A DNA stretch of 63,141 nt, filler included, from Stramenopiles sp. TOSAG23-6 (Eukaryota): assembly GCA_900128565.1 (NCBI GenBank). It is 10 parts of 10 records of this genome, joined end to end, with 100 filler letters (N's around TTAATTAATTAA, not from the genome) between each part and the next. Parts side by side here need not be neighbours in the genome. Positions count along the whole stretch, not along the records: positions 45,725 to 53,203 come from LT636560.1; positions 53,304 to 60,779 come from LT636561.1; 8 more parts are not named here. The stretch is one strand, 5' to 3'. The number at the start of each line of letters is the position of its first letter. Positions within the stretch are counted from its first letter, which is position 1. Under the pieces are notes generated by a model, which saw only the letters and a program-made list of their open reading frames with translations, ran no database searches and was not told where the DNA came from. The position numbers and the translations under genes were made by a program. Shown here piece by piece: positions 46,536 through 58,262 of this stretch.

Positions 46536-48416
46536 TTAAGACTGCAAATTTCCTCTCACACCACGAGGCATCAAAACAGAAGTTCCTCCAGCAGCTGCGT
46601 TATTATTTTCAGCACCGTGAATGAGAAGCAAAGATCTCTTCTGACTATCAGACAGAGCAGCAGTAGCTGACCCAGCAACTTTACGCTTTTTATTCACCTT
46701 TTCAGCAGCTTTAGGATAATAATGCATTCCTGTTCCACCCCAATGAGTCTGAGCATTCTGAGTATTTGCAGCATTTATATTCTTCAAAGCTAAAGCTTGT
46801 TGTTGAACCAAGGACGCATTTAATAAATTATAATTTTGGTTCATAGCAGCATAGTTCTGACTCAGTGCAGCATTAAAGCTTTGAGGATTAAAATTTTGAG
46901 TATTAAAGTTTTGAGCGGCTAAATTACTAAAATTTGGTGGTTGTGTCAACGCATTAAAATTTTGAGGAGCCATAGGATTGAATCCTTGCATCGGCTTGAA
47001 ACTGGAGAATTGAGGTGGAGGAACATACTTATTGATAAATTTAGAACTTCGGGGGTTAGGAAGCGCCTGAGCTTTAGTTTTTTGTTTGTTCTGATGATCG
47101 TTGTTGTGCTTCCGGACAATTGCATTCCATCTGTTTTTAATAGCATTTTCGGATCTTCCTGGGAGTGCCTTGACTATTTCGCTCCAACGATTACCTCGAA
47201 GTCTTTGCTCAGAAATGATAATGGTGTCTTCGGCTTCGGTGAACTTTCCTTTGCTCAAAGTAGGATCCAGATGATTCATCCACCTTTCACGACATTGCTT
47301 TCCACTACGACCTGGAAGGTGCTGCGCAATAATTGACCATTTGATAGCTCCGCAACGTTTTCCCATTTCACGAATGTTTTTCATTCCTTCGAATGCGATA
47401 GCTTCTGCGTCCTTCAGCGTAGTCGCCTTAGATCCATCTTCAGAACCTTTACCATCATTCTTCCAATGTTTTACACCATAATCAACAATAGATAGACGAA
47501 GCTTTTCATCCTCAACTTTATTCCATCGAACACCACCACGTTTAGAAGGACGTGCAGGTGGTATTGATGCAGGTGGTGCTTGCATATTCGGTAACCACGA
47601 CCCATCCACAGTTTGGGTAGCGTTTCTTGCAGGAGGATCACGCAAATCTGTAATATTAATATTCATATGATTTTGTTGCTGAACTCCGACAAGCGCAGGA
47701 TTTGCCTCGGTGGCCTTAACCATGACAGGAATCTTGGAATCCTTGGCACGAGAGTTAGAGTTCTTGGCAACATTGGTGTTTTGCCAATTTACCTCACTCT
47801 CCTTCTTCTGTAAACTTCCTACATCGTCAAAAACATTTATGGTTTCTTCAATTCTTATTACATTCTTATCAATAAATGTTGAGAATACAGGAATATCTTG
47901 GCCACAGGAAGATAACTTAAGAACTTGTTCGCACGAAAGAAGATTAGGCTGCTCCTTTTCATCTGGGAATTTACCTTCGTAGAGACATGCTAAAGAGTTC
48001 TCTGCTTTTCGCTTCACTAGCATATCATTTCTGTTATATGAACCACGACGACCCGCATATCTATTTTTAAGCGTCGTTAAAACATTTTTGAGTTTTTTAA
48101 TACCACTCTTTATCGCCACGTTACGGATATAGGACTTCTGGAGAACGAGAACCACATCCAACACATCTGCTGACAAAACTGGGCCTGGATTTCCGTTAGC
48201 GAACAAAAAATCAAGAACCTCATCATTAAGCTCTCCTTTAATTTCTTGCCCGACACCTAATAGAGGGAACGTGTTCCGTTCTCGTTTTGAAAGCGATTCC
48301 AAAAACTCCCGCGAAATATTCTTCTCTGTCTCCTCCGAATTTTGAAGAGGAGGAACGTCTTCATTTCCTTTCGGAAGATCTTCTGGTTTGATCACAGGAT
48401 CAGGTAAATTTGTCAT
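46536..48416 (-). CDS. MYB-repeat transcription factor
   Basis: WSIIAQHLPGRSGKQCRERWMNHLDP..FTEAED..GNRWSEI..LPGRSENAIKNRWN. Confidence 0.92.
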   Translation of the reverse strand: MTNLPDPVIKPEDLPKGNEDVPPLQNSEETEKNISREFLESLSKRERNTFPLLGVGQEIKGELNDEVLDFLFANGNPGPVLSADVLDVVLVLQKSYIRNVAIKSGIKKLKNVLTTLKNRYAGRRGSYNRNDMLVKRKAENSLACLYEGKFPDEKEQPNLLSCEQVLKLSSCGQDIPVFSTFIDKNVIRIEETINVFDDVGSLQKKESEVNWQNTNVAKNSNSRAKDSKIPVMVKATEANPALVGVQQQNHMNINITDLRDPPARNATQTVDGSWLPNMQAPPASIPPARPSKRGGVRWNKVEDEKLRLSIVDYGVKHWKNDGKGSEDGSKATTLKDAEAIAFEGMKNIREMGKRCGAIKWSIIAQHLPGRSGKQCRERWMNHLDPTLSKGKFTEAEDTIIISEQRLRGNRWSEIVKALPGRSENAIKNRWNAIVRKHNNDHQNKQKTKAQALPNPRSSKFINKYVPPPQFSSFKPMQGFNPMAPQNFNALTQPPNFSNLAAQNFNTQNFNPQSFNAALSQNYAAMNQNYNLLNASLVQQQALALKNINAANTQNAQTHWGGTGMHYYPKAAEKVNKKRKVAGSATAALSDSQKRSLLLIHGAENNNAAAGGTSVLMPRGVRGNLQS

Positions 48417-48888
48417 TTCGTATAATGAGACAGCCACTGGATATTATTAAAATGTGTAAGTAATAATAAAGCAACAAATACTAAATAATCGCGAAGAATG
48501 TCTTGTTGAGTTTCTCCCCTTTGTGTTTCCACACTTACTGATATCACGCTTCGAAGTTCGAACGGAGAACCGGTAAAATCAACGCATCATCATTTTTAAG
48601 TACAAAAATTCGTACCAAAGCCAGAATAGAGCTGAACCGCAGGAACATCGATTCAGAGCGACACGAAATAATCACGCTCAAGTAAACTAAAGTCGTCCAG
48701 AAGTCCGAAGTCAAACATCAAACTTTTAATCACACTCTGGTAGCAGTGGTCTTCTCAGGACCTGGTCTGTGGTCTTCTGTTCTGAAAATTCTTCTCTTCT
48801 TCACGATTTTTTTCTGTTGCAAGACTTAGTATCGTTCGCTACTGTATCATTTTAAACTGCCAAATTTAGAATTTTACAGTAGATACTC

Positions 48889-49617
48889 ATGGACGACGCA
48901 ATTTCAATGGATGCACGCGTTGGTGCTTGGGAGGTTGGTGAACGTATAGGACGTGGTGGATTTGGCATGGTTTATAAGGGTATAAATCCAACAACGAAAG
49001 AAGCTTGTGCAATTAAGCGAATTCCACTCACTGGTTTATCAGCAGATTCGCTTGCTTGTGCTGAGAGCGAAATCGACTTACTTAAAAATTTAAGTCACGC
49101 CAATATTGTCGAGTATCGCGGTACAGTACGGACTCCAACTCATTTAAACATTATACTTGAATTTGCCGAAAACGGTTCCCTAGCAGACATTGTCAAACAA
49201 TTTGGTACATTTACGGAAACACTTGCTGTGGTGTATATTACACAAGTCATGAGAGGTTTAGAATATTTACACAGTCAAGGTGTGATCCACAGAGATATAA
49301 AAGGAGCCAACATTTTGACGACAAAAAGTGGTGTGGTCAAACTAGCCGATTTTGGTGTTGCTTCAAGTCTCGGAGACGCTAAATCAAAGGGTTCTTTGAG
49401 AAAAAGTATCGGCCAAGATACTAGTGGTATAGTAAATACCTCGCATAATAATCCAAAGAGTTCGAAGGATATGATATCAAATGACCTTGACGTTGTTGGC
49501 ACTCCTTTTTGGATGGCACCAGAAATTGTTCAGATGTCAGGTTTGACGACTTCATGCGACATCTGGAGTCTCGGTTGTACTTTAATTGAGCTACTTACAG
49601 GAAAGCCCCCCTATTTC
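48889..49617 (+). CDS. Cdc15/Cdc7(SepH)/MAP3K-epsilon-type kinase domain, truncated after GKPPYF
   Basis: GRGGFG, EIDLLKNLSHANIV, EFAENGSL, HRDIKGANILTTKSGVVKLADFG, VVGTPFWMAPE. Confidence 0.88.
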
Positions 49618-50202
49618 ATGCGTAATCATTTAGGTACGTATGAATGCAAACTATGCTTATCCATACATAATAATGAAGGTAACTATTTAGCGCACACTCA
49701 AGGAAAACGTCATCAAGTAAATCTTGCTCGCAGAGCTGCCAAAGAAGCCAGAGATAACCCAGCGCAGCCACAACCTCTAGGAATTTCAAAAGTACGTATT
49801 CGGAAGAATATTGTAAAAATAGGAAGACCTGGTTATAAAGTAATAAAGCAAAGGGACTCTGAAACAAAGCAAAGAAGTTTAGTATTTGAGATTGCTTACC
49901 CAGAAATTGAAGAAGGCGTTCAACCTCGACACCGCTTTATGTCTCCATATGAGCAGAGAATTGAACCCCCTGATAAAAATTTCCAATATTTGTTATTTGC
50001 TGCAAGTCCATATGAAACAATTGCATTCAAAGTGCCAAATATGGAGGTTGACAAGAATAAAGATAAATTTTTAACGAATTGGGATCCTAACACGAAAACT
50101 TTTACTCTCCAACTTTACTTCAAAAACGAGAGAACCCAAGTCAAACAGGCCAGTTCGGGTAGGGTCAAACTTATTGCCAAGGAACGTGATTGTGCATATT
50201 AA
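49609..50202 (+). CDS. SF3A2: Splicing factor SF3a subunit 2, N-terminally truncated and fused in frame to the kinase
   Basis: PYFMRNHLGTYECKLC..HNNEGNYLAHTQGKRHQ.NL; KIGRPGYKV; PRHRFMS.YEQ; PYETIAFK. Confidence 0.92.
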   Translation, partial: PYFMRNHLGTYECKLCLSIHNNEGNYLAHTQGKRHQVNLARRAAKEARDNPAQPQPLGISKVRIRKNIVKIGRPGYKVIKQRDSETKQRSLVFEIAYPEIEEGVQPRHRFMSPYEQRIEPPDKNFQYLLFAASPYETIAFKVPNMEVDKNKDKFLTNWDPNTKTFTLQLYFKNERTQVKQASSGRVKLIAKERDCAY

Positions 50203-50367
50203 CATGTTTTGTTTTTGAAAATTGTTATGTGCGAAAGGTTTTTCACGAATGAATATTTTTTGTTTATAAATACGAAATTATATTTATTTCTTATCAATTC
50301 CTATTACAATTTGTGTACAACTACAATGAGTAAGTACCAGGTATCTTGTACAATAAATAATATTGAA

Positions 50368-53148
50368 TTAGCCAGCAAAACCTTTATCAAACTCCTTCAG
50401 TAATTGATTAGCTACTTGTGTGACAATAACCATACCCCTATTCACAACAGACAACTGTCTCACACAAGGCCAAATACCAAATTCAAGTAATAACCTTCTT
50501 GGCCTTGGATGAGCTTTAAAAGCACTTTGTAACATTAATAAAAGTCTTGTTCTTACACGAGATGTAGGACATTGTAATAACTCAATCAAACGAAGTATAA
50601 ATAGTGGAGATAATGATAAAGATTGACTAAATCGTCTTGAAATTGACATCATTCTTTCTAAAGGCTCTAACAAATCTTCTAGTCTAGTTTCCGGTACACC
50701 ACGAAAAAATGAAATGATCTGACTTGAAACTGGAGAGCGAAGAAGTACAGATTCAACACGTTTCGTATCATCTGATAGCCATTGTTTTAATGAGCCTAAT
50801 GCATGTCTCTGACAGTATGGATCTTTCAGTAAATGTACGTAAAATTCAATAGCTTGATTTTCCCAAAGATATTTGTGAACTCCAGTATTATAAGCCATTT
50901 CACACATAATAGGTAATGCAAATTCAAGACCATTATCAAGAGTTGCTGTACCACTTGTTTGAGTTCCTATCTGAGCAAGTGATGTTTTTCTTGATGCAGA
51001 ACCAAGAGATAATGACTTCTTTGCAAGAGTTACAGCACATTTTAACAATGGTACTATACCTGCATCTGCAGCTACCTTTTGTCTTCCTCTATTGAGTCGT
51101 AACAAATAGAATAATATTTGAAATAACATTCCTTCGCGACTATCAATCCCAGATACACCATCAACATCTTTCAAACTATTATTTTTTAAACTATTTTTTC
51201 CATCCTTTTTTACAGATGTTTTGTCCGTTTTGTCGTCTTTTACATCTAGCGTTTTTTTCAGGAGAGAGACGAGGACAGGTATAGCACCACATGTATATAA
51301 AATCTCTAAATTATTAGGCAAAGATGCAAGATTTCGTATTACTAAAAGGACTTTATCCATGATACGTTCAATAGTGTGTGAAGTCATTGATGAATTTCGA
51401 CTATTTTTTACTTCATTCTGAAATACATTCAAGACTGATAACAGACCACTCACTAAATTTACAGAACCAATCGCTTCTAGTGTAGACCTATTTTTACAAA
51501 ATAAACGCACCAATAGATCAGCGACATGATCGCCAAATGATTCAGCAATTGAAGAAAATGAGTTTGAATGTGTTGATTCAATGATTAGAGTTTTTTCATA
51601 CCCTAATGTTTTTAAAAGTAAGCCTTGCTCTCCAGCTAATCTATTGGCCAAATCACCACCGTCGGATATAATGAGAGATACTTCATGCTGTACACCAAAT
51701 CCACCATATCCTTCGGGGGGTTCACTTTTTAATATACAGAGTAATCCTTCCACTCCATAGAAAGATAACTCATGCTCTCCCTTCTTACGTTTTTCTTCAT
51801 TAATACGGGAATGATTTTTTGAGAATTTATCATCAGAGATCTCTACATGACAATTAATTAAAGACGAGAGGACAATTGCACCACCACAAGAGATGAACAT
51901 CCTTCTAGTAGTTATCGTGCCTTTGCATAATCCAACCATAAGTTTGGAGGCTTCAAGTCGTACACAAAAGACATTTCCTACGGAACTAAATCCAAGAATA
52001 ATAGGAATGATCCCTAATAAAGTTAACATTTCAAGCAGAGGTTCGTCATTAATAACTAAGCAACTAAGAAGCTGAAGTGCCGAGAGCGTCAAAGCAGAAT
52101 TGTTTTTTAACGTAGAAGAAGTCAATAAAGCGAGTAAAGGCGCGACTCCTCGACTTTGAATAAAAATACCTTTTGTGAGTATATCATGACAATCCTTTCC
52201 TCGAGTACTAAAATGTTTCTGTAATGATATACAAGCCTGGTGAATTTCTTCATCATCCTGATCACTGTGTCCTTTAATTTGTGAAATTAGCCGTTTCATC
52301 TCAGATGACATGGGTAAAATATCAGTATTCGCAGCATTCCCACCAGTATTTTGATAATTCGATAGGTACGAATTTTTATCAACATTAGATAAAGTATTAC
52401 TCGACAAATGTATTTTGGAGAAATATTTCAAAAAAATTCGTTAGGTACAAAATTTCGTACGAAAAAAAAACTCGAAATTGAAAAAAAAAAATACATCCTC
52501 TCCAATATCAAATGAGCCTAACCCTAGACAACTTCTATTTATTCCACTTCGCAGAGATGAAAATCCAAATAAACCAAATTTTAATTCTACTCCCGGAAAT
52601 TTACGTAACAAAGGTGATTCGCTTGCCTTGAAAGGATTATTGTTTTTTTCATCCATAGACATTATATTTGGCAAATTTGAAATTGAATCTGTACTAGATT
52701 TCGTTTCATGAAGTTGTAACACTAATCCATTATTTGCATTATGACATGTATCATCTTCAGAATTAGATATACTTATATCTAATTTTTTCAATATTTTAAT
52801 TTTGGTGAGATCATTTGTCATATCACTTTTTGGTCTTGGTGTTGTTGGTCTTGGTGGTGCTTTCCCTTTTTCGATGATAGGGCTTCTTGAAATTTTCCCA
52901 CTTTCTTCCTTTACATTTTCAATTGTACCATTTTCAACGGTTTCAACATTAGGGTTAGGGTTCGAAACTTTTCGAGGTCTTGGAGGTGGTATTTTTTTAT
53001 CTTCTACATTTTGATCAAAAAACATTTTTTTTGTAGTTATTTTTGGTGACATTGGACGTGAAGGTCTGGGAGGAACGACTTTTACTAGTATATCCGTATC
53101 AAATCTCTTACATGTATTAAGCATTGAAATTCGCATCATATAAAAGCA
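50368..53148 (-). CDS. ARM-repeat C-terminal region of a Cdc15/SepH/MAP3K-epsilon-like kinase; intron 52408-52494
   Basis: RQKVAADAGIVPLL, FALPIMCEMA, LW....EFYV.LL.DPY....AL....WL..D..RVE. Confidence 0.65.
52408..52494 (-). mobile_element. Family intron (GT..AT)
   Basis: GAG GAT|GTATTT...TACCTAAC...CCAAAATACAT|TTG TCG joins two long ORFs. Confidence 0.75.
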
Positions 53149-53352
53149 ATGTATTTTGGAAAAATATTTCAAAAAAAATCGTTAGGTACAAAATTTCGTA
53201 CGANNNNNNNNNNNNNNNNNNNNNNNNNNNNNNNNNNNNNNNNNNNNTTAATTAATTAANNNNNNNNNNNNNNNNNNNNNNNNNNNNNNNNNNNNNNNNN
53301 NNNGAAATTTTGTACCTAACAAATTTCGAATTTAATTTTTTTTACAATACAT

Positions 53353-54730
53353 GTGATGTTTTAGAAGTGAAAACGTATAATAGATTAAGCCCTCTGACTA
53401 TAAGTAATACGTGTATACAACATGATATTGAACATGGTATAGAACCTGGTGATTGTTTGATTGCTTTCAGTCGGAAAGAAATATGTACTTTTTCATGATG
53501 ATGTTTTGATTTTTTTTTTTTTTTTTTTTGGTCATGAAATTTTTTTTTTTAAAATTTTTTTTTTTTTTTTTTGATTAAAAGAACGTATCGATTCGATGGG
53601 TCATAAATGTTGTATTGTATACGGTTCATTACCCAATGAATCAAGAAAAGAACAGGCAAAATTATTTAATACACCTAATAATGGTTATGATATTCTAATA
53701 GCAAGTGATGCTATTGGCATGGGTTTGAACCTTAATATTAAAAGAATTATTTTCACAACTTTACAAAAATTTGATGGCACTCAGACAAGGACACTCTACC
53801 CCCAAGAAGCCCGACAAATTGCTGGTCGTGCTGGTCGTTTTAACTCTGAATATTCTGATGGTTCTGCTATTTGTTTGCAGCGTGAAGATGTAAAAACATT
53901 GAAACATTTAATGCAATCTAAAGTTCCCCAATTAGAAAAAGCTGGGTTATGTTGTAATGATGAACAAGTTGATAATTTTTGGTATTTTCTACAAGAATCT
54001 AGAGACTCAACTCAAGAAGTTCCATTTAGTGAAGCTTTGCGACTTTGTAATGATAATGTTAAAATAGATTCTTCTTTATATTTTATGTGTAATGGACAAG
54101 ATTCAGAAGAAGTAGCACGATTGATCGACGATATTGAAATTCCTGTCGCGGATAGAATATATGTTTTAATCAATTTCAAATTTATTTGTTTTTTCATAGA
54201 AAATTCTGTACCTAACAAAAATTTTAATTTTTTTTTGAAATATTTTCACAAAATATATGATTTTTGCACGAGCTCCAGTAGATGTTGGAAATGAGAACGT
54301 CGTCGCATGTTTTCAAAATTTTGTTTATGAATATTCTACAATTATTTCAAGAAAAACACACGAAATACAAAGTGTATCTCTCAGTGGAAAGTTAAAACTA
54401 CGACAAAATGGTATACCACGAAATCCATATAATGTCGCAAAATTGGAAGATATGAACAAAATCTTGGAAATTTATTCTTGGTTGTCTCTTCGATTTCCTT
54501 CTTATTTTGATGAAGCTATTGAAGCTGAATATAAACAAAATGAAGTGGCTGATTTGATTGCCTCAGGCTTAGATAGAATGAGTGATAATGCTGGTTTTAA
54601 ACATTCTATACGAAATAAAAGACGCCGATTTTCTATTAGCCCTAACCCTAACACTAAGAGACTAAAAAGTCACTCTACAAAAAGAAATAAAAATTTCAAA
54701 AGAAAAAAGAAAAGAGTAAAAAGATGTTGA
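53353..54730 (+). CDS. SUV3: Mitochondrial RNA helicase SUV3 (5' truncated); introns from 53485 and 54159-54258
   Basis: Y.RLSPL, GDC.IAFSRKEI, VYGSLP..R..QA..FN, ASDAIGMGLNLNIKRIIF, QIAGRAGR, Y.WLS.RF. Confidence 0.92.
54159..54258 (+). mobile_element. Family intron (AT..AT)
   Basis: AGA AT|ATATGT...TACCTAAC...CACAAAATATAT|G ATT TTT gives DRMIFARAP, the SUV3 R-x-x-F-x-x-AP spacing; no in-phase GT-AG pair nearby. Confidence 0.8.
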
Positions 54731-55075
54731 ATACTTGTAAAATCTTGATTTTTGTGTACTAAAAGATGTTGAATGATTTTTGTATACTAATGGTACAAAA
54801 TCACGAGTGATTCATTGATAAATAAACTCAAATTTGCTATATTTTAAGAAAAACCTAAAATGTTTTTATATTCAAAGAAGTTTTCGTCGAAGTTTTCACA
54901 CCCAAGTGAGTATAAATTATAGTCATATTTTCAATAAAATCAGCCCAATTATTGATATGCGATGATTGTGTATAAAGTAGCTCAAATGTGCTACCCATGT
55001 ACCCAATATGATAAGTACCGCGTACCATTTTTACCCTACCTAGTGTAGCTAGAATACGGGTACTGTAACCCTAAT

Positions 55076-56623
55076 TTAATTTTTAGGAATCATGGTTGCG
55101 CGAACTACAAAACCTAGTGGAAGATTTTCAATACTTCCATCGGCTTTCATTTTAGCTAAAAAACGAGCAGTCTTATAAGTGTGAAAGGTAAGCATACTCA
55201 CATATTCCGGCATATTAGGCTGGTGCCCAGTCACAGCAGAATAATCCTTTTTAAACTGTGCAGACACAGAATGAGGTATACGAATTGTGACAGGTTCATA
55301 TCTATTGGATACATCATTACCATTTGAAAAAATCAAATCAAAGTCATCAAATTTTGAAATACTTAAATATGAAATGTTGTTTCTATGATATAAAGCCCAT
55401 TGTTGAATGGGTGATGAATGTGCATATGTTGCCGCATAGTTAATATTATTTAGATATAATGTTTCTTCTTCCCTGAGTTTTCCCGTGAATTGAAGCATTA
55501 TTGCCTCTGTAATCTTTTTGGCTTCAACTTGCAATCTTAAAAGTAAATCAGATAATTCACATAATTCTTTGTAATTTAAGAAGCGTCCACGGCCGTATTT
55601 CGCATGTGCGGCCCTCAGTTCCGGTGAAATTGGGGCATTAGGTAGTTTGGGCTGCAGCCATTCTCCACAAGTGAAACCTCTATCAAACCAAAGACCGGTA
55701 CAATGTCCTTTTAGAAATGATTGATAGAGCCGAGCTTGTCCTTGGAATGTTTCTAGGACCAAATGATGACAAATCACATCAAACTGAAGAAAGAAAATCG
55801 CATGTTGTGCAGTTTGGTATTTTAGATCATTTGCTGTAGCTGACGTGAATTGGAGCCAAGGCATATTGTCACCACCACAATCCTGTCTCAACAATAACAT
55901 TCTCAAAGATTTCTCAAAGATATGACACTCGGAAGTATCTCGAATAGAGGGATTTTGCATAATAATATCTAATAGTGAAGTATTAGGAGGATGGTCCCAA
56001 ACAGACCAATCAATTTTGCTCTTTACAATTGTTAAATTCTTTGTAGCAATCGAAATTGGTTTTACACAATCATCGGGTCCACGCTCAACACCTGTAACTT
56101 TCCATCTTTCTTTGTTTTCCAATTTCTTTATGCAGACACAAATTGTTCCATTTAATGAAGGGCGGCTTAGAATTCCATTAATTTTGACGCGAGTGCCGTT
56201 TTTTAATTTTTCCATTCCATTAATTTTGACACGAGCGCCATTTTTATTTTTAAAATGTTTGGTAATTTGCTTTTCTGACAGACCTGAAAGTTGGCGAATC
56301 GTAGTCAACGTTGCTTTATCTTTCATGGTTTTATTAGTGATTAGTTCACTAATAAAATCTTCAAATATTGCATACGTAAAATTGTCAGGGGATTTGACCT
56401 GGCCTTCGCATCCCCAAGGCTTTAAGAGTGTAAGATACCACTGTGCAAAACTTTGTTTTTCTGATTCACTCATACCCTCACGCCATTTTGGTGCCGAACG
56501 ACCAAGCATCTGTTGACCAAATGAATTTAGTCCTTCTGGAGTCAACCAGGGGTGCCGCCCGGTGCCCGCTGCTCTCTCGGCTGCGCGTTTCCGGGCCTTC
56601 TTGCCACCACGCTTCTTTGCCAT
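55076..56623 (-). CDS. Hypothetical protein with an SH3/KOW-like G..V...GL....NG motif
   Basis: Uninterrupted ORF of more than 500 aa; GTRVKINGILSRPSLNGTIC..ERWKV. Confidence 0.7.
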   Translation of the reverse strand: MAKKRGGKKARKRAAERAAGTGRHPWLTPEGLNSFGQQMLGRSAPKWREGMSESEKQSFAQWYLTLLKPWGCEGQVKSPDNFTYAIFEDFISELITNKTMKDKATLTTIRQLSGLSEKQITKHFKNKNGARVKINGMEKLKNGTRVKINGILSRPSLNGTICVCIKKLENKERWKVTGVERGPDDCVKPISIATKNLTIVKSKIDWSVWDHPPNTSLLDIIMQNPSIRDTSECHIFEKSLRMLLLRQDCGGDNMPWLQFTSATANDLKYQTAQHAIFFLQFDVICHHLVLETFQGQARLYQSFLKGHCTGLWFDRGFTCGEWLQPKLPNAPISPELRAAHAKYGRGRFLNYKELCELSDLLLRLQVEAKKITEAIMLQFTGKLREEETLYLNNINYAATYAHSSPIQQWALYHRNNISYLSISKFDDFDLIFSNGNDVSNRYEPVTIRIPHSVSAQFKKDYSAVTGHQPNMPEYVSMLTFHTYKTARFLAKMKADGSIENLPLGFVVRATMIPKN

Positions 56624-57144
56624 TGCGGTGTATAGTGATGGGTAGAATTTCAACCCGTCGTAGGTACTTATATCTAGCTAGAGCTAGAGCGCTAGATATT
56701 CCACAGATTTAATGATGCGTTCGATGGCCTATATGAACGAAATAATATTCCAATCCTAACCGACAAAAAAACAGCACGCTTGTCTAAGTTACTACAAATA
56801 ATTTTGCTCTTAGTCTTGTCACTGATCACTAGTAGTAGAATCTCAAATCACTAATATTTCAAAACAAAATTTAAAAATATACAGTAGGCATACGAACGAA
56901 CTCCGAAAAGCGCGTCCTAATTCGCTCCTCAAAAAAAAAAATAGCATTTTTGAGTTTTTCCAGATTTCGTGTAAATAGCTTTCTTTCAAGTGGCGTCGAT
57001 CGGATTTCCCCGAGAACTATCATTATTCTGATTATTCATCTTCTTCTTCTAGCCACAAATATAAGTTGAACAACAAACGATTACTCATATTTGTTTCTAG
57101 CATAAGTAGAAGATACTTCTTTAGTACTGGTTACATATAATAAT

Positions 57145-57985
57145 ATGGATCCTGATAACACATTTACGTATAAGCTTGTACTATTGGGTGAGACAGCAGT
57201 TGGTAAGAGTAGTCTTGTAATGCGTTTTGTAAAAGACGAATTTAACAACTGCCAGGAAAGTACCATTGGAGGTAAGTAAAATTTCGTTTTCATCTCTATT
57301 ATTTCATCCACGAATAGACGTGATATAACATTCATGGCTATTATTTGTGCGGACATTTCGTCTGAATCATTTATTTGTTTTGTGTTTTGGTTATTATACA
57401 GCTTTTGAGTGTGAAGGAAAGCCTCTTTCACCTCAAAAGTATACACAGTTCAATGCCGAATAATACTAAAATTAAATTTTTCATTTCAATATTTATTACA
57501 TTATAGCTGCATTTTTCACGCAAAAGGTTAATGTCGAACGTGATACAGTTAAATTTGAGATCTGGGATACAGCAGGGCAAGAACGTTACCAAAGTTTGGC
57601 ACCAATGTATTACCGGAATGCAAAGGCTGCAATTGTTGTTTATGATATCACAGATATGGCTTCATTTGAGCGTGCAAAGAGATGGGTAGAAGAGTTGCGA
57701 AGTTCAGGGACTGTAGATTTGGTCATTGGTATGGCTGGCAACAAGTGTGATTTGGAAGAAGAACGAAAAGTCCCTACAGCACGAGCCCAGGAATACACAT
57801 CCGCAAATAATATGGTTTTTCTTGAAACCTCTGCAAAGACCAACAAAAACGTCACCGAGTTATTTAGTAGTATCGCTGTAAAGCTCCCTAGGGGCACTCG
57901 TCAAGGTGCTGGTAATAGTATGGGATCGGGAGGATTGCCTAGGCCTAGGTTACAACAACCTCAGAGGAAAAAAGGCTGTTGTTGA
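57145..57985 (+). CDS. RAB5: Rab5-family GTPase; canonical intron 57272-57506
   Basis: [49 protein letters not shown]-terminal CC; G|GTAAGT..TAG|. Confidence 0.93.
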
Positions 57986-58262
57986 TTTCTGTTTTCAATG
58001 TTGGTACGGAATTTTGTATGAAAAAGAAAACCTTTTGCGCGATTGGTTTTTGTTCATGCTTGAATATATTTGAATATATACATATGTTTATGATGTAATA
58101 TTATGAATATTTCATGTATCTCTAATGTAAAGTGTGCTCTATATTTCATGCACAATATTTTATTGATGTGGTCTATAATTTTAAGACACATATTGAAAAT
58201 TTTGAAGAAAAGTGAATTTTATTAAATCTAACATTTTCAGCTAATTTCATGTTTTTAACCTT

